Below, one piece after another: positions 28,594-37,359 of a stretch of DNA of 64,000 nucleotides. Each line of letters starts with the position of its first letter. Within the stretch, counting starts at the first letter, position 1. The notes below the pieces were generated by a model. That model was not told the DNA's origin and searched no databases. It saw nothing but the letters and a program-made list of their open reading frames with translations. Origin of the DNA: Candidatus Latescibacterota bacterium (GTDB lineage Bacteria; Latescibacterota; UBA2968); assembly GCA_965205975.1 (NCBI GenBank), contig OZ242195.1, positions 4,832,001 through 4,896,000 on the forward strand. Reading direction: 5' to 3'. The translations under genes and the position numbers were made by a program.

Positions 28594-29613
28594 TCATTCC
28601 CACGGTTTCAATACGACTTTTGCACACGCGCCTGTGGTTTGCAATTCCCAGGCTTTTTGTACGTCTTCGAGTGAGAATATATGTGAGATCATTCGATTCA
28701 ATTTGTCTGTGTTTGCGCGGACGACTTGCATGAGTTTTGGTACGTCTTTTAAGTTGTAATGCCATGAGCCGACGAGTGTGATGCCTTTTCGGATCATGTC
28801 CTGGCTGATGCGCAAAGGGGTTTCTTCTCCGCATTCACCGACGAATGCGACTTGTCCGCGCCGTCGCACGGTGTCGATGCACATGCGGTGTGCAGATACG
28901 GCACCCGAGCAATCTACGGCGGCATCTACGCCAATGCCGTTGGTGAGGTCCATTATTTGTTGCAGGGCGTTTTCTTCGAGGGGATCGATTGCTTCGTCTG
29001 CGCCCAGTTCGAGGGCTTTTTCGCGCCGATAGGGGTTGATATCTACGGCGATTACGCGTGCGCTTAGGTGTTTGCTGTTGATGATGCCCCCAAGTCCCAC
29101 GGGACCGAGACCGGTGACCATGAATGTGTCGTAGGCGTTTACTTGCATGCGCTGTATTGCACCGAATGTGGGACCCAGACCGCAGCAGGCCATTCCTCCG
29201 TGTTCGTAGGAGACATCGTCTGGAATTTTTGGCAGTAGCCAGTCGGGTTTTAAGAGGTACTGCGCCATGGTGGCTCGGCCTTCGTTTCCGCCCGTGAATT
29301 CAGCAAAGTTTGCGCTTTGCTGGCAGTGGATATAATCGCCGCTGATACATAGGGGACAGATGCCACACGGATATTGGGGCATTACGGCTACGCGGTCGCC
29401 GACTGATACGCGCCCAGGTTGGGCGATTTCAACGACTTCACCGGCTGCTTCGTGTCCCAGAGAGGTGGTTTCCCTGCCGCCTGTAAATCCTTTGTATTCT
29501 GTACACATCGGCGCGGCGTGAACTTTTACCAGTACCCAGTTGTCTTTTGGCTTTGGATCTGGTACGTCTATTACGCCGCCTTTGCGTTCACCAAATATTG
29601 CAGCTGCTTTCAT
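28594..29613 (-). CDS. Zn-dependent medium-chain dehydrogenase
   Basis: GHEAAG, CGICPLC...C structural Zn site, GLGPVG. Confidence 0.92.
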   Translation of the reverse strand: MKAAAIFGERKGGVIDVPDPKPKDNWVLVKVHAAPMCTEYKGFTGGRETTSLGHEAAGEVVEIAQPGRVSVGDRVAVMPQYPCGICPLCISGDYIHCQQSANFAEFTGGNEGRATMAQYLLKPDWLLPKIPDDVSYEHGGMACCGLGPTFGAIQRMQVNAYDTFMVTGLGPVGLGGIINSKHLSARVIAVDINPYRREKALELGADEAIDPLEENALQQIMDLTNGIGVDAAVDCSGAVSAHRMCIDTVRRRGQVAFVGECGEETPLRISQDMIRKGITLVGSWHYNLKDVPKLMQVVRANTDKLNRMISHIFSLEDVQKAWELQTTGACAKVVLKPWE

Positions 29614-29662
29614 TTTTTACCTCCAGAATGGGGTTGACAAGGGTTTAATTAGGAATTAAGAA

Positions 29663-29825
29663 TTGATGTTACGCATCTGCACAATATAATAGGATAATGG
29701 GCCTGTCATTTTGAGCGGAGCGCAGCGGAGTCGAAAAATCTTCTACTGACACAAGTGGAATAGATGCTTCGGCTCCGTTCCACTCCGCTCAGCATGACAA
29801 ACACCCCAGACCTGCGTAACATCAG
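29663..29825. mobile_element. MITE with 13-bp terminal inverted repeats and flanking direct repeat
   Basis: ttgatgttacgca...tgcgtaacatcag; ttaagaa on both sides; internal GTCATT palindrome pair shared with 19376-19494. Confidence 0.7.
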
Positions 29826-29893
29826 TTAAGAATTGTCTCCAATCTCCAGTGAAGGGTTATAGCAGTTCATTTATTCGCCAGGAGGATATATCT

Positions 29894-30907
29894 ATGGACA
29901 AAATCCGAGTTGCATTTATTGGCTGTGGTAATATGTCATCGCAATTGCAACGGTGCATACCGCTGGTGCCGGAGTTCGAGTTTGTCGCTACCTGTGATCT
30001 CATTGAAGAGAAGGCGCAATCAAATGCGCGCAGGTTCGGTGCGCTTCGCTATTATACCGATTACAACGAGATGTTCAAGCATGAAGATCTCCACGCAGTT
30101 GCTGTTGTGGGCAGACCAGAAGACAAATTGCATCGGGATATCGGTATTGCGTGTCTTCAGCGGGGTTATCATATTTATACCGAGAAGCCGCCTGCGACTA
30201 CCTCTGAGGGTGCCAAGATGCTGGTCGATGCCTCAGTTGCTGCCGGTAAAACAGGGATGGTTGGCACCATGTGGCGGCATGCGCCCGCGCATCAGATTGC
30301 CAGAGAGTTGATGGACGATGAGGCGTTCGGCGACGCCTGTCAATACCATACCCGCTATATGGCGCCAGGTCCCCGGTTACAGGAGATGGGATCGCCTTTT
30401 GCCTGGCCCTTTATGCTCGATCAGGTTATCCATCCTACCGATTGCATGCGTTTTTTTATGGGACAGGTCAGCGAGGTCTTTGCGCTGGGTTCTGTTGCAT
30501 CTGGCACGGTGTCAATATCCGTCAATCTGCGTTATGAAAATGGTGGCATAGGTACGATGACGCTCGGTACGGGTCCGGTTTTGGAGGCGATGATTTTTGT
30601 CAAGGGTGCGAATAATCAGGCCATTCAGGTTTTTGAGACACGCAAGTTGCGCCGTTATCGCGTTCCGACATGGCTCAATTCTGGCGGTGGCTACGCCGAT
30701 ACGCCTACCGAGGAATGGGATCTCAATACCGCCTTTCACAGCGTTGGTCGTCCCGGTTATCTCGAAGAGATGCAGCATTGGGCACAGTCGCTGCAAGCTG
30801 GCATACAGCCTCATTCGAGTCTTGAGGATGCCTATCAGAATATGCGCGTTTTGGAGGCGATTAGCCGTAGTGTTGAAACGGGAGAGATCGTTCAAATTCC
30901 CGCATAA
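29894..30907 (+). CDS. Gfo/Idh/MocA oxidoreductase
   Basis: IGCGNM, TEKPP, DQVIHPTD; GGAGG before ATG 29894. Confidence 0.88.
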   Translation: MDKIRVAFIGCGNMSSQLQRCIPLVPEFEFVATCDLIEEKAQSNARRFGALRYYTDYNEMFKHEDLHAVAVVGRPEDKLHRDIGIACLQRGYHIYTEKPPATTSEGAKMLVDASVAAGKTGMVGTMWRHAPAHQIARELMDDEAFGDACQYHTRYMAPGPRLQEMGSPFAWPFMLDQVIHPTDCMRFFMGQVSEVFALGSVASGTVSISVNLRYENGGIGTMTLGTGPVLEAMIFVKGANNQAIQVFETRKLRRYRVPTWLNSGGGYADTPTEEWDLNTAFHSVGRPGYLEEMQHWAQSLQAGIQPHSSLEDAYQNMRVLEAISRSVETGEIVQIPA

Positions 30908-30928
30908 TTTGTAATAGAGGAATTTTCT

Positions 30929-32008
30929 ATGAATAAACCCATCCGCATGGCCGTGGTCGGTGTTGGGCGCATTGGCGTTTTTCACGCCCGGCATGTTCAA
31001 GAACTCGCCCGGGAAACGGGTGTGTGCGAACTCGTCGCTGTGTCCGATACTTATGGCGATACGGCCAGTCGCGTTGCAGCAGAGCTTCAGGCAGATCAGG
31101 CGACGGAGATTCACGCGTTTAACGATGTGTCTGATCTCGCGGCGTCGAATTTGATCGATGCCGCGCTTGTTGCGTCGCGCACAGAAGACCACGAACGCGA
31201 TGCGCGCGTGCTTGTTGACGCGGGTTGTCGCGTGCTTTTGGAGAAGCCGCTGACCCATTCGCTCGCGTCTGCCGAGGCTTTTGTTGCCGATTTGAATCGG
31301 GATCCCAGAAGGAAAAATGCGCTGATGCTGGCTTTTATGCGCCGGTTTGACGTTCCGTTGCTGAGGGCAAAAGCGTTGTTGGAACAAAACGCTATTGGCA
31401 ATGTGTTCAAAATTGTTTCGGTTCTGGAGGACCCTATTCCTCCGCCGGATGGCTATAATAGCGCGGGTTTGCTCAGCGATATGGCTGTTCACAATTGCGA
31501 TGAGATTCTCTGGCTGCTCGGCGGTCCTTTGCCCGAATATGTCGCCGCGTTTGGGTCCAATCTTTACAATTGTACTATCAGTACTGTGAAAGAGGATTAC
31601 GACGATGCCTTTTTACAGATGTGGTTTCCCGGTCGCACAATCGGTCAGGTTATGGTCAGCCGCAATCACGTTGCGGGATATCGCAATGCGACCTGGATTT
31701 ATGGCGATGACGGGGTGATTCACGTGGGTCATTTTCAGGAGGATCCGCACAGGGTTGAGGTGGAGGCGTACGGTCGCGATGGCGTGATCCATAAAGAATC
31801 TATTTCTTTGCGGGATTACGGTTTCGATGTGCCGGTGTTTATTACCCGATTTGGCGAGTCGTATAAGAATGAACTCACGTATTTTATTACGCAGTGTATC
31901 GACGATGCGCCGTTTAGCGTTACGCACGAAGACGGTCTCAGTGCGATGCGCGTCGCTATTGCCGGAGGCGAGGCGATATGTGATAGGGAAGACGCGAGAA
32001 AGGTGTGA
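30929..32008 (+). CDS. Gfo/Idh/MocA oxidoreductase (inositol dehydrogenase-like)
   Basis: VGVGRIG, LEKPL, FMRRFD, DMAVHNCD. Confidence 0.88.
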   Translation: MNKPIRMAVVGVGRIGVFHARHVQELARETGVCELVAVSDTYGDTASRVAAELQADQATEIHAFNDVSDLAASNLIDAALVASRTEDHERDARVLVDAGCRVLLEKPLTHSLASAEAFVADLNRDPRRKNALMLAFMRRFDVPLLRAKALLEQNAIGNVFKIVSVLEDPIPPPDGYNSAGLLSDMAVHNCDEILWLLGGPLPEYVAAFGSNLYNCTISTVKEDYDDAFLQMWFPGRTIGQVMVSRNHVAGYRNATWIYGDDGVIHVGHFQEDPHRVEVEAYGRDGVIHKESISLRDYGFDVPVFITRFGESYKNELTYFITQCIDDAPFSVTHEDGLSAMRVAIAGGEAICDREDARKV

Positions 32009-32015
32009 CATATGT

Positions 32016-32876
32016 CTAACACGTTACGTTCTTTCCTTCGTTGCCATAGACCGCAAGGCGTTCTTCTGAAGAAATTTCCTCTATGGATGCGGGGATGTAA
32101 TGCAGTTGCAGGGCGCGGCGACGTCGGTTTGATCGATTCTCCGGGGAGCCGTGGTGCAATCGCCCGTGCCAGAGCAATACGCCGCCGGGTTGCAGGGCTA
32201 CTGCGGTGATGCGGTTGCGGGTGACGTCGGTGTCGCAGATTTGCCAGTCGCGTCTTTTAAAATGTACGACGGGACCTGCTCGATGGCTTTGGGGGATGAC
32301 GTGCATGCATCCATTTTCGGGATCCGCGGGATCGAGGGCAACCCAGGCGCTGACGATGCAGGTGTGCATGGGCACGTTAAAGTAGGCGTGGTCCTGGTGC
32401 CAGGGTTTTTCGCGTCCAATGCCGGGTGGTTTTAGCATGGCCTGGTTGGCAAATAGTTTGGGCGGTTCACTCATGATGCGGGTCAAGGTATCTATCAGCC
32501 GAGGGTCTTCGCCAAATGCGTCCAGACGGGGGTCGAATCCGACAAATCGGGTGAGTTTTCGCACGAGTAGTTCGCGCGCGTGACCCGTTGAGCGTTTGAC
32601 CTGTTTGGCGCGTCCGCGTTCGAATTGGACGCCCCGGAATTCGCGATTTTGTCCCGCGATCAATTCTTTTACTGCGGCCACGCCGTCGTTGACCTGTGCG
32701 CTGGAATACGCGCCTTGAATTGGCAAAAAGCCCTGCGCGTGAAATTGCGCGATGTGTTCATCGCCCACGTTTTCAAAGCCGTCAACACATTCGGCGATGC
32801 GGGCGTATTTGTAGAGTGCGGGGTCGTATTTGCCAGGCTCGTACGTATCTTGCAGGTTATCTGTTTCTTCTTTCAC
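32016..32876 (-). CDS. PhyH-like dioxygenase
   Basis: KPWHQD, WVALD, LHHGSPEN; GGAGG before GTG. Confidence 0.9.
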   Translation of the reverse strand: MKEETDNLQDTYEPGKYDPALYKYARIAECVDGFENVGDEHIAQFHAQGFLPIQGAYSSAQVNDGVAAVKELIAGQNREFRGVQFERGRAKQVKRSTGHARELLVRKLTRFVGFDPRLDAFGEDPRLIDTLTRIMSEPPKLFANQAMLKPPGIGREKPWHQDHAYFNVPMHTCIVSAWVALDPADPENGCMHVIPQSHRAGPVVHFKRRDWQICDTDVTRNRITAVALQPGGVLLWHGRLHHGSPENRSNRRRRALQLHYIPASIEEISSEERLAVYGNEGKNVTC

Positions 32877-32898
32877 AACAACCTCCTTTGGAGATCTT

Positions 32899-33675
32899 AT
32901 GCTCGACCTCGAACTTATTGAACCGTCAGAAGTTGACCGCGCTGCCGCTGTTTTTCATCGCGATGGGCTTGCCGTTGTGACGGATGCGTTGACCGATGAG
33001 CAGTTCGCTTTTCTGAAGGATGGTGCGCATCGCGTTGTGGCGGAACAGACGAGCGCGGTTCCGCTGGAGAAGGCGAACAGAGGTTTTGCGCGTTATTCGT
33101 TTGGTTCGCAGATCCATCATCCCGAATGGGCGATGCTGGTTGATCTGCCTACTATTTTACCTATTATTGAAGCTATTTTCAATAGTAATCAGTTTGTGTG
33201 CAGTGGTGCTGGTGGGGATTATTCGCTGCCGGGTGCAAAAATTCAGCATTTGCACCGGGATATGCCCGATTTGATCAATGATCCCGAGCAGCGGGTGACG
33301 ATTATGGATGTTCCGGTGCCGTTTATTGTGGTCAATTTTCCGATGATCGATTTTAGTGTGGAGAATGGAGCGACGCGTTTTATCCGAGGCACCCATCGCT
33401 CGCGCCAGGCGATTCCCAGTTTGGAGGATGAACCCGATTGGATGAAGCATGCCTTGGCTTGTGCGCCGAGCAAGTCGGCGATTTTTCGAGATGTGCGCTG
33501 CTGGCACGGGGGGACGCCCAATATGTCTCGGGATGTGCGTATTATGACGAGTGTGGGCTATTACGCACCCTGGTTTCGCCGACCCGGTCGAGATGGTGAG
33601 ATGCCCCGCGCGATTTACAATTCTCTGTCAGAGCGCGGTAAAGCGCTGTGTCGGTCTATTGTGGCGTTGGATTAA
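32899..33675 (+). CDS. PhyH-like dioxygenase
   Basis: QHLHRD, NGATRFIRGTH, WHGGTPN; GGAG before ATG 32899. Confidence 0.88.
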   Translation: MLDLELIEPSEVDRAAAVFHRDGLAVVTDALTDEQFAFLKDGAHRVVAEQTSAVPLEKANRGFARYSFGSQIHHPEWAMLVDLPTILPIIEAIFNSNQFVCSGAGGDYSLPGAKIQHLHRDMPDLINDPEQRVTIMDVPVPFIVVNFPMIDFSVENGATRFIRGTHRSRQAIPSLEDEPDWMKHALACAPSKSAIFRDVRCWHGGTPNMSRDVRIMTSVGYYAPWFRRPGRDGEMPRAIYNSLSERGKALCRSIVALD

Positions 33676-33692
33676 ATAAGGAGGAGAGTACT

Positions 33693-34409
33693 ATGTCCAA
33701 AACGGCTGTTATTTCAGGGGTCGGCTCTGGTTTGGGTGCCGCGCTGGTGAGGAAGTTTGCAGGCGAAGGCTATCAGGTGGGGTTGCTGGCCCGGTCCTCT
33801 GATTATATCCAGGATCTGGCTGAAGAATTGCTGCAAGAAGGTGTGAGAGCTTTAGCTGTACCCACGGATATCACAGATCCCCAGCAGGTGATCCAGAGTT
33901 TTGCCCGGGTGCGCGAGGAATTGGGCCCGGTTGATGTCCTGATCAACCACGCTGGCAATGCCTCCTGGAAAGATTTTCACGAACTGACCCTGGATGAGTT
34001 TGAACTATCCTGGCGCGTGTGTGCCTACGGCTCCTTTCTGTGTGCAAAGGAAGTGGTCGGCGATATGCTGTCTGCGGGTGGCGGGGCCATCCTTTTCACT
34101 GGCGCTACTTCGTCCATTCGGGGCCGGGCAGGTGCTCTTGCCTTTAGCAGTGCCAAGTTTGCGGTGCGCGGTTTGGCCTGGGCGTTGGCCCGCGAGCTGT
34201 GGCCCGAGGGTATTCATGTGGCCCACATTATCATAGACGGGGTGCTGGATACCCCCTTGTTGCACGAGAGAGGGGATGTCGAGGAGAGTGAACCGCTCAT
34301 GAATATTGACGCCGTGGCCGATGCCTATTGGAATCTGGTGCAACAGGACAAAGGTGCTTGGGGTTTCGAGATTGATTTACGGCCCCACGATGAGGGGTTC
34401 TTCGAGTGA
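33693..34409 (+). CDS. SDR-family oxidoreductase
   Basis: GVGSGLG, TGATSS, FSSAK, HIIIDG. Confidence 0.9.
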   Translation: MSKTAVISGVGSGLGAALVRKFAGEGYQVGLLARSSDYIQDLAEELLQEGVRALAVPTDITDPQQVIQSFARVREELGPVDVLINHAGNASWKDFHELTLDEFELSWRVCAYGSFLCAKEVVGDMLSAGGGAILFTGATSSIRGRAGALAFSSAKFAVRGLAWALARELWPEGIHVAHIIIDGVLDTPLLHERGDVEESEPLMNIDAVADAYWNLVQQDKGAWGFEIDLRPHDEGFFE

Positions 34410-34410
34410 T

Positions 34411-34454
34411 GCACATAACTTTCGAAACTGCGCTTCAGCATAGTCCATGCGTGC
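34411..34454 (-). repeat. 44-bp direct repeat of 36941-36984 (fragment of the small antitoxin-like domain)
   Basis: gcacataactttcgaaactgcgcttcagcatagtccatgcgtgc vs gcgcataactttcgaaactgcgcttcggcatagtccatgcgtgc, 42/44. Confidence 0.9.
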
Positions 34455-34522
34455 TGCTCAATTAGCTTTTGCCGTGACCAATGTGTGGATGTCGCAAGTT
34501 ATGTCGCAAGATTGTCGCAAGT

Positions 34523-34612
34523 TCAGTTGGCATTCTTTATCCGGTACACTAACTTATTGGTCGCTTCTTCAGAAACCAGCAAACCCATATCCACCATCAC
34601 TTTGAGGTCGCG
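34523..34612 (-). pseudogene. 3' remnant of a winged-HTH C-terminus, resembling Fic-family protein ends
   Basis: RDLKVMVDMGLLVSEEATNKLVYRIKNAN*, begins at the base after the Rpn stop; no start codon or N-terminus. Confidence 0.5.
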
Positions 34613-34912
34613 CTACGCCATTAAATCTAACAGGCGTCCAAATTCCTCGAGATTGGACACCTGTATCGCCGAGCGGTGCAACTGCTTGAGGCGTCGTAAA
34701 TCTTCAACAGCCGAAATGCGAGCAGATAAGGGATCTGTCGGGCGAAGATCAAATCGGATCTCCAACACATCGAAGATATCCTCAATAGCGCGTTCTCTAC
34801 CTCCCTGCTCAATGCCCTCTTCTCTGCCCTGCTCAAAGCCTTCCTCTCTGGCTTCCTCTCTGCTTTCCTGGGTAAGGGATTGAAAAAGTGATGATTCGCG
34901 CAAGATGTCCAT
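34613..34912 (-). CDS. Putative in-frame internal small protein (Rpn short form, 99 aa)
   Basis: AAGGAGG (34924-34918), 5 nt, then ATG at 34912, in frame, just before the REEG repeats. Confidence 0.6.
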   Translation of the reverse strand: MDILRESSLFQSLTQESREEAREEGFEQGREEGIEQGGRERAIEDIFDVLEIRFDLRPTDPLSARISAVEDLRRLKQLHRSAIQVSNLEEFGRLLDLMA

Positions 34913-35551
34913 GATGCCCTCCTTAAAAATAATATTAGAAATCGTTTCAGAAGCATATACCAACTCGCTCAACGCCACCATCCCAGCCAGATAATCCGCT
35001 CTATATGACCGGGCGATGGGGCGCGTCCGAGCCGTGTGAATACACTGGTGCAACCACGCATCCGAAGCCATCCCTTCAGGTGGCTTCATCAACGGCGTGA
35101 AGGGTATCAGACCCGATTGCCCCGATTCGAGGACGCGCTCGCCTTCTATTTCGATCAGTCTGATCACGCGATACCGAATCGTGATTTCGTAGTCGAGATG
35201 CTCCTGGACATAGTACCCGAGATCGCGTTGCCCAGCATTGGGACGCAGGTAGATGACATTGGAATAGATCGGCAGACCGTGATGCTCAATGGCGCGTCCG
35301 ATATAGCCAGCCATGCGGCGTGGCATAGGTGGATTGGTGCTGTCAGTGGTTTGAAACTCGTTGTGGACCAAGACCTCCTCGCCATCGATACGCACGCGAA
35401 GCAGACTATCGGTCTGGCGTGCTTCAACAGTGTATTGTTCTGTGTCAATGACTGCAAGAACTTCAACGTCCTCGCGTCCGAGGGTAAAGCCAGCAAAGTC
35501 GTCGGGATATTTCTGAATCAGGTGTTTGGAAATCGTATCAAATTCGGCCAT
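34613..35551 (-). CDS. Rpn/YhgA-like PD-(D/E)XK nuclease
   Basis: FDTISKHL, RQTDSLL, HNEFQT, MPRRMAGY, ESSLFQ, REEG repeats. Confidence 0.85.
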   Translation of the reverse strand: MAEFDTISKHLIQKYPDDFAGFTLGREDVEVLAVIDTEQYTVEARQTDSLLRVRIDGEEVLVHNEFQTTDSTNPPMPRRMAGYIGRAIEHHGLPIYSNVIYLRPNAGQRDLGYYVQEHLDYEITIRYRVIRLIEIEGERVLESGQSGLIPFTPLMKPPEGMASDAWLHQCIHTARTRPIARSYRADYLAGMVALSELVYASETISNIIFKEGIMDILRESSLFQSLTQESREEAREEGFEQGREEGIEQGGRERAIEDIFDVLEIRFDLRPTDPLSARISAVEDLRRLKQLHRSAIQVSNLEEFGRLLDLMA

Positions 35552-35931
35552 GTGAGATGCCTCAGATCTGAAGGTTGGTTGTATTTTGGACAAACGCAAC
35601 AGTCAGATCTCAAGCAAATATCAGGCCAAAGAATGCGATTATCACAGTATTGAAAGATAAATTGCATATAAGTATCTCATTATTCCTTCAATATGTCGTA
35701 TTGTGGTCTTGTTCACAACTTGAATTTGTGAATCGCCTATTAAAATAGAGATGGATCAGAACAAGTATTGGTAGCAAAAGTGTATATTTTGAGCGATAAA
35801 TGGACGGTCATGTGAAAGATATGTGCCCCAGGCCCGATATTGGGAGAGCGGAATAGAATGAGTCAGTGCGATGGACAGACGCCTGTGTTCTTCATATTTC
35901 AAAATATCTCTCGGTGCTTGTATCGCCTGGA

Positions 35932-36111
35932 TTAAACAAGGTCCTCCTCCTCTGGATAAAGTGTCGTCGCGTACTTTAAGGAGGCTATGGTTAAATCTTT
36001 TTGATCTTGTTCACTCCAGGTGTCTCTACGGTCCACAACCGTAATCCCAGATTGGGATAGCTCTTGTAAAATCAGAGCCGCGAGACGAAACTGTTCGTTA
36101 GGTGGTAGGAA
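35932..36111 (-). pseudogene. Remnant of a small antitoxin-like gene overlapping the first codons (LFNPGD) of a truncated PemK-like toxin
   Basis: FLPPNEQFRLAALILQELSQSGITVVDRRDTWSEQDQKDLTIASLKYATTLYPEEEDLV*, preceded by in-frame TAA; GGAGGAGG then TTG TTT AAT CCA GGC GAT. Confidence 0.5.
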
Positions 36112-36129
36112 TTAAACGGTTTCGACGCC

Positions 36130-37113
36130 TTACTTGATATGTTTGCCGCATACCGCTGTCAGTGGACAGGAATTACACTGGGGTTTGGTGGGAAAGCACC
36201 AGTCCTTTCCTATCTTCCAGGCTGGCCAGTCCAGTCCGCCGGGAAATTTGGGATTCAGGAGTCTCGCGGCGGATACCACTTCTTCTTCCGCCTCAGTGTG
36301 AGTCAATCCTGTGCGTTGAAACACACGTTTAACATGTATATCAGCCTTGATGTCTATTTGATGTTTCTGCCCTCTAAACATCCCACAGTCATCATGCAGT
36401 ATGCGGACGACCATGGATGCGATACCTTGAGCAACGTCATAAATGCTTTGGAGCCTTTTTTTTACTTCGGTAGGAGATGCATCCCGCCAAATCGCGGCTG
36501 CGTCGCCTCCAAACTGGTCATGTACGAGACAGGCGGCATCCTTTAGCGTCTTAGCCCCTCTCTCGGTGCCATAACGTGGCTTCCTGGGCAGACTCTCCAG
36601 GAGTAAGGATAATTCTTCCTCAGTCATTGAAGCAAGGATAGAAGGATCCAGCTTGCCGCGACGTTTGATCTCATAAGGAATTTTCCAAGCCTGTTTCCAA
36701 TCCATACCTCTATCGAAACAGGCTCCTATCAGAAAGGCAAACGGATTAGTATATACTTCATCACCAATTTCCTTGGGCAACTCACTTCTATCATTCTTGT
36801 AGTGATGTTTCTGGTAGTTTTTTAGTGCGACGACTACCAAATTGGATGTGTGATTTATAGTAGTTTTTCTATGAATAAGGTCATCGACAAAATTCTCGCG
36901 TTCTGTTTCAGTCATTGTATCCCAATTCAACCCCCGAGACGCGCATAACTTTCGAAACTGCGCTTCGGCATAGTCCATGCGTGCCGTGCGATTGACTTCT
37001 GTCTGCTCTGCAAGTGCGAGGAGTACTGCTCGCTTCTCTTCTGGCGGCATCTGCTGGACCAAACCAATGACCTGATCGGCTGTTAATTCAACGGTCAAAT
37101 TCATGTCAATCAC
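36130..37113 (-). CDS. Fusion: small antitoxin-like domain + HhH-GPD/endonuclease III-like DNA glycosylase with [4Fe-4S] motif
   Basis: ADIHVKRVFQRTGL, LDWPAWKIG, C-x6-C-x2-C-x5-C; distinct ~80-aa N-terminal module. Confidence 0.8.
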   Translation of the reverse strand: MIDMNLTVELTADQVIGLVQQMPPEEKRAVLLALAEQTEVNRTARMDYAEAQFRKLCASRGLNWDTMTETERENFVDDLIHRKTTINHTSNLVVVALKNYQKHHYKNDRSELPKEIGDEVYTNPFAFLIGACFDRGMDWKQAWKIPYEIKRRGKLDPSILASMTEEELSLLLESLPRKPRYGTERGAKTLKDAACLVHDQFGGDAAAIWRDASPTEVKKRLQSIYDVAQGIASMVVRILHDDCGMFRGQKHQIDIKADIHVKRVFQRTGLTHTEAEEEVVSAARLLNPKFPGGLDWPAWKIGKDWCFPTKPQCNSCPLTAVCGKHIK

Positions 37114-37142
37114 TTTCTCGCAATCATATATACTGAGAAAAG

Positions 37143-37334
37143 TCAGTCGGTCTTAGCCGGTGGCCTTACCTGCTGCGAGGCTAAAAGACGCGGTGGCAAG
37201 TTAATATATAGTCGGCCGCTTGCCTGCTCTTGCGCTTTGATATCTTTTGCAATCAAATCCAGGTCGTATTTGAACCGCGCAGCATGCTCATGCCTAATTC
37301 GCCGCACTTCTGCGACAATGGGATTATTTTTCAT
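37143..37334 (-). CDS. Small hypothetical protein (antitoxin-like)
   Basis: NPIVAEVRRIRHEHAARFKYDLDLI pattern recalled from small genes beside PIN toxins. Confidence 0.6.
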   Translation of the reverse strand: MKNNPIVAEVRRIRHEHAARFKYDLDLIAKDIKAQEQASGRLYINLPPRLLASQQVRPPAKTD

Positions 37335-37359
37335 CTTTCAACATAAGGTTGGTCATGTC

